Assembly: GCA_040755455.1 (NCBI GenBank) | Contig: JBFMAY010000027.1 | Coordinates: forward strand, 1-53,333 | Source of the DNA: Thermodesulfobacteriota bacterium | GTDB taxonomy: Bacteria; Desulfobacterota; Desulfobulbia; Desulfobulbales; SURF-16 | DNA length: 53,333 nucleotides | Direction: 5' to 3' | In this document: positions 48,996 to 53,333 of the stretch, piece by piece | Position numbering within the stretch: position 1 is the stretch's first letter | Layout: each line of letters opens with the position of its first letter | Notes under the pieces: model-generated | Seen by the model: the letters and a program-made list of their open reading frames with translations, nothing else | The model's database searches: none | Told to the model about the DNA's origin: nothing | Made by a program: the position numbers and the translations under genes

Positions 48996-51200
48996 ATGAC
49001 TGTAGAATTTAAAATAGCCCTGGCCGGCAATCCCAATTCCGGCAAGACCACCCTTTTCAACGCCCTGACCGGCTCCCGGCAGCATGTGGGTAATTATCCC
49101 GGGGTAACGGTGGAAAAAAAAGAGGGTATTTACCGGCTGGAGGACAAGAAAATCAATATTGTCGATCTGCCCGGCACCTATTCTCTCACCGCCTACTCGG
49201 AAGAGGAGGTGGTGGCCAGGGATTTTCTCATCTTTGAGAAGCCGCAGGTCATCGTCAATATCGTTGATGCCGCCAATCTGGAAAGAAATCTCTACCTGAC
49301 CACCCAGTTTTTTGAACTGGGCATTCCTGTCGTCATTGCCCTCAACATGATTGACGCGGCCCGTGACCGGGGCATCGAGATCAAGGAAGACCGTCTGGCG
49401 GAATACCTCGGGGTGCCGGTTGTGCCGATCATCGCCCGCAGCGGATACGGCACCCAGAAACTCATGGAGGAAACCGTCCGCCAGGCGGCCCAAAAAAAGG
49501 AATGGAGACCCAAGCCCATTTCCTACGGTGAGGATATCGATTCCACCCTGCTTGATCTGGAAGAAAAAATCATCAGGGGCAATTTTCTGACCGATACCTA
49601 TCCCGGCCGCTGGGTTGCCATCAAATACCTGGAAAATGATCAGCAGATCATGGACCGGGGCAGAAAGGAAAATGCCGCACTCTCCGCCGAACTCGAAAAA
49701 GAGGTTGAGGCTGTTTCCCGCCATCTCCTGGAAACCATGGAGACCTACCCTGAGGCCATGGTGGCGGATCACCGCTACGGTTATATCAAAGGCATTCTGC
49801 AGAAGGGGGTCATTTCCCACAAGTATGACAAGGACAGGCTCTATACCTCCGACCGGATCGACAAGGTGTTGACCAACCGCTTCCTCGGCCCCCTCTTCAT
49901 GGGCCTTGTTCTGTTCGGCCTGTATACCTTCACCTTTAATTACAGCGAACTGCCGGTCGCCTGGTTGGAAATCCTGTTCGACCATCTTGCTCAGCTGGCG
50001 GACAGCATGCTGCCTGACGGCCAGCTGAAATCCCTCATCGTCTCCGGCATTATCGACGGAGTGGGGGGAGTGCTCGGCTTTGTGCCGCTCATCATGTTCA
50101 TGTTCTTCGGCATTGCCATTCTCGAGGATTCTGGTTACCTGGCCCGGGTCGCCTTCATGCTTGACCGGATTTTCAGAATTTTCGGGCTTAACGGCAGTTC
50201 GGTGATGGCCTATATCCTTTCCGGCGGCATTGCCGGCGGGTGTGCCGTGCCCGGCGTGATGGCCACCCGCACCCTGCGCTCCCCCAAGGAGAGGATGGCG
50301 ACCCTGCTTACCGCGCCCTTTATGAACTGCGGGGCCAAGCTGCCGGTGCTGGCCCTTTTCATTGGCGCCTTTTTTTCCGAGAACAAGGCGCAATACATGT
50401 TTTTCTTCACCATCCTTTCCTGGCTGGTGGCCCTGATGCTGGCCAAGCTGTTGCGGGTCACCGTGTTGAAAGGCGAGAGCACCCCATTTGTGCTGGAGCT
50501 TCCTCCTTACCGTTTCCCTACCTTGAAAGGGCTCTTTATTCATACCTGGGAAAAAACATGGCAGTACATCAAAAAGGCCGGCACGGTGATACTGGGCATT
50601 TCCATTATTATCTGGGCCATGATGACCTACCCAGGTCTGCCCGGGAGTGAAAAGGAGAAATTTGCCATGCAGCGGCAGGAGGTGGAGGCGGCGCATCCGG
50701 CCATGATTGTGGCCGGCAGCAACATGGCGATCTCCGGGGCCGAGGCGGCGGAGCGGGACCGCCTGCTGGCAGCCATTGACCGGGCTGAGGCCAACAGCAC
50801 ATTGCGCTATTCAGTTGCCGGCCGAGTCGGCACCGCCCTGGAAAGGGTCAGTTTCCTGGCTGGTTTTGACTGGCGCACCAATATCGCCCTGATCGGCGGG
50901 GTGGCGGCAAAAGAGGTGATCCTGTCCACCCTGGGCACCGCATATTCCCTGGGAAGCGGCAACCAGGAGGAGAGCGGCTCCCTGGCCAAAACTTTGGCGG
51001 CGGATCCCGCCTGGAACCCGATAAAGGGCTTAAGTGTTCTGCTCTTTATTTCCTACTATGCCCCCTGTTTTGTCACGGTGATCTGTATCAGCCGTGAGGC
51101 CGGCTCCTGGAAGTGGGGGGCCTTTTCCATGATCTTCAACACCCTTTTTGCCTTCCTGCTGGCTACCCTGGTTTTCCAGATCGGTTCGCTACTGTGCTGA
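48996..51200 (+). CDS. feoB: Ferrous iron transport protein B
   Basis: GNPNSGKT, VGNYPGVTVE, DLPGTYSL, LEDSGYLAR, PFVLELPPY. Confidence 0.97.
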   Translation: MTVEFKIALAGNPNSGKTTLFNALTGSRQHVGNYPGVTVEKKEGIYRLEDKKINIVDLPGTYSLTAYSEEEVVARDFLIFEKPQVIVNIVDAANLERNLYLTTQFFELGIPVVIALNMIDAARDRGIEIKEDRLAEYLGVPVVPIIARSGYGTQKLMEETVRQAAQKKEWRPKPISYGEDIDSTLLDLEEKIIRGNFLTDTYPGRWVAIKYLENDQQIMDRGRKENAALSAELEKEVEAVSRHLLETMETYPEAMVADHRYGYIKGILQKGVISHKYDKDRLYTSDRIDKVLTNRFLGPLFMGLVLFGLYTFTFNYSELPVAWLEILFDHLAQLADSMLPDGQLKSLIVSGIIDGVGGVLGFVPLIMFMFFGIAILEDSGYLARVAFMLDRIFRIFGLNGSSVMAYILSGGIAGGCAVPGVMATRTLRSPKERMATLLTAPFMNCGAKLPVLALFIGAFFSENKAQYMFFFTILSWLVALMLAKLLRVTVLKGESTPFVLELPPYRFPTLKGLFIHTWEKTWQYIKKAGTVILGISIIIWAMMTYPGLPGSEKEKFAMQRQEVEAAHPAMIVAGSNMAISGAEAAERDRLLAAIDRAEANSTLRYSVAGRVGTALERVSFLAGFDWRTNIALIGGVAAKEVILSTLGTAYSLGSGNQEESGSLAKTLAADPAWNPIKGLSVLLFISYYAPCFVTVICISREAGSWKWGAFSMIFNTLFAFLLATLVFQIGSLLC

Positions 51201-51211
51201 GTTGAGGGGGT

Positions 51212-51284
51212 GGCAGGAGCGGCCCATGCCCGCGATAACGGCGTTTCCGTAATGCCAAAGTCGCGGGCATGGGCCGCTCCTGCC
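51212..51284. repeat. REP-like inverted doublet between convergent feoB and ettA
   Basis: Perfect 24-bp arms GGCAGGAGCGGCCCATGCCCGCGA / TCGCGGGCATGGGCCGCTCCTGCC with 25-nt spacer. Confidence 0.8.
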
Positions 51285-51312
51285 CCGCAAGATCAGTGCC
51301 CTCCCGCCAAAA

Positions 51313-52998
51313 TCAACCTCTCGTCAACTGCCGGTATTTGATGCGGTGGGGCTGTTCCGCCGCGGCGCCGAGCCGTTTTTTGCGGTCAGCCTCGTATTCC
51401 GAATAGTTGCCGTCAAAAAAAGTCACCTTGCTGTCGCCCTCAAAGGCGAGGATGTGGGTGGCAATGCGGTCGAGAAACCAGCGGTCATGGCTGATGACCA
51501 CCGCGCAGCCGCCGAAATTCTCCAGGGCCTCTTCCAAGGCGCGCAGGGTGTTGACGTCAAGATCATTGGTCGGCTCGTCAAGCAGGATGACATTGGCCCC
51601 CTGCTTGAGCATCCTGGCCAGATGGACCCGGTTGCGCTGGCCGCCGGAAAGCTGACCGACCTTTTTCTGCTGCTCGGCGCCGGAAAAGTTGAAGCGGGCC
51701 ACATAGGCCCTGGAGTTCACCTCCCGGTTGCCCAGGGCGATCACATCCAGGCCGTCGGAGATGACCTCCCATATGCTCTTGTCCGGGGCCAGATCTTCCC
51801 TGCTCTGGTCCACATAGGCCAGCTTGACGGTTTCACCCAGGCGGATGGCGCCGGAATCCGGCTTTTCCTGGCCGGTGATCATGCGAAACAGGGTGGTCTT
51901 GCCCGCGCCGTTGGGGCCGATGACGCCGACTATGCCGCCGGGCGGCAGGGAGAAGCTCATCTCGTCGACCAACAGCTTGCCGTCGTAGGCCTTGCTCACC
52001 TTGTCCGCCTCGATCACCACATTGCCCAGCCGGGGGCCCGGCGGAATATAGATCTCCAGATCCCTCGTCCGCTTTTCGCTCTCCTGGCCGAGCAGCGCCT
52101 CATAGGATTTGATCCTGGCCTTGGCCTTGGCCCGCCGTCCTTTGGGGCTCATGTTGATCCACTCGAGCTCGCGCTGCAGGGTCTTCTGGCGCTCCGTTTC
52201 CTGTTTTTCTTCGGTCTGCAGGCGTTTCGCCTTCTGGTCGAGCCAGGAGGAATAGTTACCCTTCCAGGGGATGCCCTGGCCGCGGTCAAGCTCCAGAATC
52301 CAGCCGGCCACATTGTCGAGGAAATAGCGGTCATGGGTGACGGCAATGACGGTCCCTTCGTAGCGCTGCAGATGGTGCTCCAGCCAGGCCACGGATTCCG
52401 CATCCAGGTGGTTGGTCGGTTCGTCGAGCAGCAGGATATCCGGTTTCTGCAGCAGCAGGCGGCACAGGGCGACCCGCCTTTTTTCGCCGCCGGACAGCAC
52501 GCTGACCGTGGTGTCGCCGGCCGGGCAGCGCAGGGCGTCCATGGCCATCTCCAGTTTCGAGTCAAGCTCCCAGGCTTCGAGTGCGTCCAGTTTTTCCTGC
52601 ACCTCGCCCTGGCGGGTGATGAGATCGTTCATCTCGTCATCAGTCATGGGTTCGGCGAACTTTTCGTTGATGCGGTTGAATTCCGCTAAAAGATCGACGG
52701 TGGCCTGTACCGCCTCTTCCACCACCTCCTTGACCGTTTTGCCGGGGTCGAGAACCGGTTCCTGCTCCAGCAGGCCCACGGTCAGCCCCGGCGAAATGGA
52801 GGTGCGGCCTTCGAAATCCCGGTCCACCCCGGCCAGAATCCGCAGCAGGGAGCTCTTGCCTGAGCCGTTGAGGCCGAGTACGCCGATCTTTGCCCCATAG
52901 AAATAGGAAAGGTTGATATTTTTTAAAACCGGTTTTTTATCATAGAATTTACTGACTCCGATCATGGAGTAGATGATTTTATCTGGTTCGTTGGCCAT
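51313..52998 (-). CDS. ettA: Energy-dependent translational throttle ABC-F protein EttA
   Basis: GAKIGVLGLNGSGKS, two ABC cassettes, GNYSSWL, HRIKYR; AAGGAG RBS before ATG 52998. Confidence 0.96.
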   Translation of the reverse strand: MANEPDKIIYSMIGVSKFYDKKPVLKNINLSYFYGAKIGVLGLNGSGKSSLLRILAGVDRDFEGRTSISPGLTVGLLEQEPVLDPGKTVKEVVEEAVQATVDLLAEFNRINEKFAEPMTDDEMNDLITRQGEVQEKLDALEAWELDSKLEMAMDALRCPAGDTTVSVLSGGEKRRVALCRLLLQKPDILLLDEPTNHLDAESVAWLEHHLQRYEGTVIAVTHDRYFLDNVAGWILELDRGQGIPWKGNYSSWLDQKAKRLQTEEKQETERQKTLQRELEWINMSPKGRRAKAKARIKSYEALLGQESEKRTRDLEIYIPPGPRLGNVVIEADKVSKAYDGKLLVDEMSFSLPPGGIVGVIGPNGAGKTTLFRMITGQEKPDSGAIRLGETVKLAYVDQSREDLAPDKSIWEVISDGLDVIALGNREVNSRAYVARFNFSGAEQQKKVGQLSGGQRNRVHLARMLKQGANVILLDEPTNDLDVNTLRALEEALENFGGCAVVISHDRWFLDRIATHILAFEGDSKVTFFDGNYSEYEADRKKRLGAAAEQPHRIKYRQLTRG

Positions 52999-53130
52999 GT
53001 GTTGCTCCTTCTTGCTCTTGACTTGATAACCATTTTTTTCTTTACGCCATACGGCAGAGAACTCAATAAAATAGCATAGTGGCGCTATTAACACCAGGGA
53101 GAAATGGGGCTGCCTTGACGAACAAGCTCC

Positions 53131-53200
53131 AAGCCGTTGTAAATAAATAACATGGCCATATAATGCCCGGAACGGCATAAGGAGCCGTTACGAAATAACT
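53131..53200 (+). repeat. Short dispersed inverted-repeat element, copy C, abutting the end of a possibly longer element
   Basis: AAGCCGTTGTAAATAAATAACATGGCCAT...AACGGCATAAGGAGCCGTTACGAAATAACT. Confidence 0.65.
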
Positions 53201-53333
53201 TGTCTCTTGAGCCTTTTGCAAAATGAACGTCGTAGCGAGATCGAGAGAAAAATTTTCTGTGCAAGGATGAGTTTGTGCCCCCGGAAGCATAGCAGTGCTA
53301 CGTTGAGGACATTTTTGGCCGATCGGAGTAGCT

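Overview
GC-rich bacterial chromosomal segment. Gene content and style suggest Desulfobacterota, probably Desulfobulbales (inference only). The backbone is housekeeping: ribF, tRNA-Leu(CAG), hflKC, thiE, gltA, a PLP aminotransferase, grpE-dnaK, trpS, serA-like, clpB, feoAB and ettA, plus several signalling genes. The most system-like accessory block lies just downstream of the tRNA (6858-17964, all minus strand). It encodes a 1346-aa secreted OmpB/MofA-like multicopper protein with three C-terminal repeats, two small exported proteins, a cytochrome c/solute-binding fusion, an SCO protein, and an FtsX/LolD-type ABC system with a Cys/His-rich membrane partner; together these form a candidate copper-loading/extracellular redox module. 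Other oddities: an exported beta-carbonic anhydrase homolog missing all three zinc ligands; a two-gene CcsA/CcmF-like heme-handling pair with no other ccm/ccs genes in the window; a retropepsin-rhomboid-HflKC protease cluster; a short dispersed inverted-repeat element, two copies of which bracket the SCO block; and candidate regulatory motifs (a shared grpE/clpB promoter, sigma28 promoters, a DtxR-type operator before feo). No CRISPR array, integrase, transposase or rRNA was seen. All calls come from reading motifs by eye, not from database searches.
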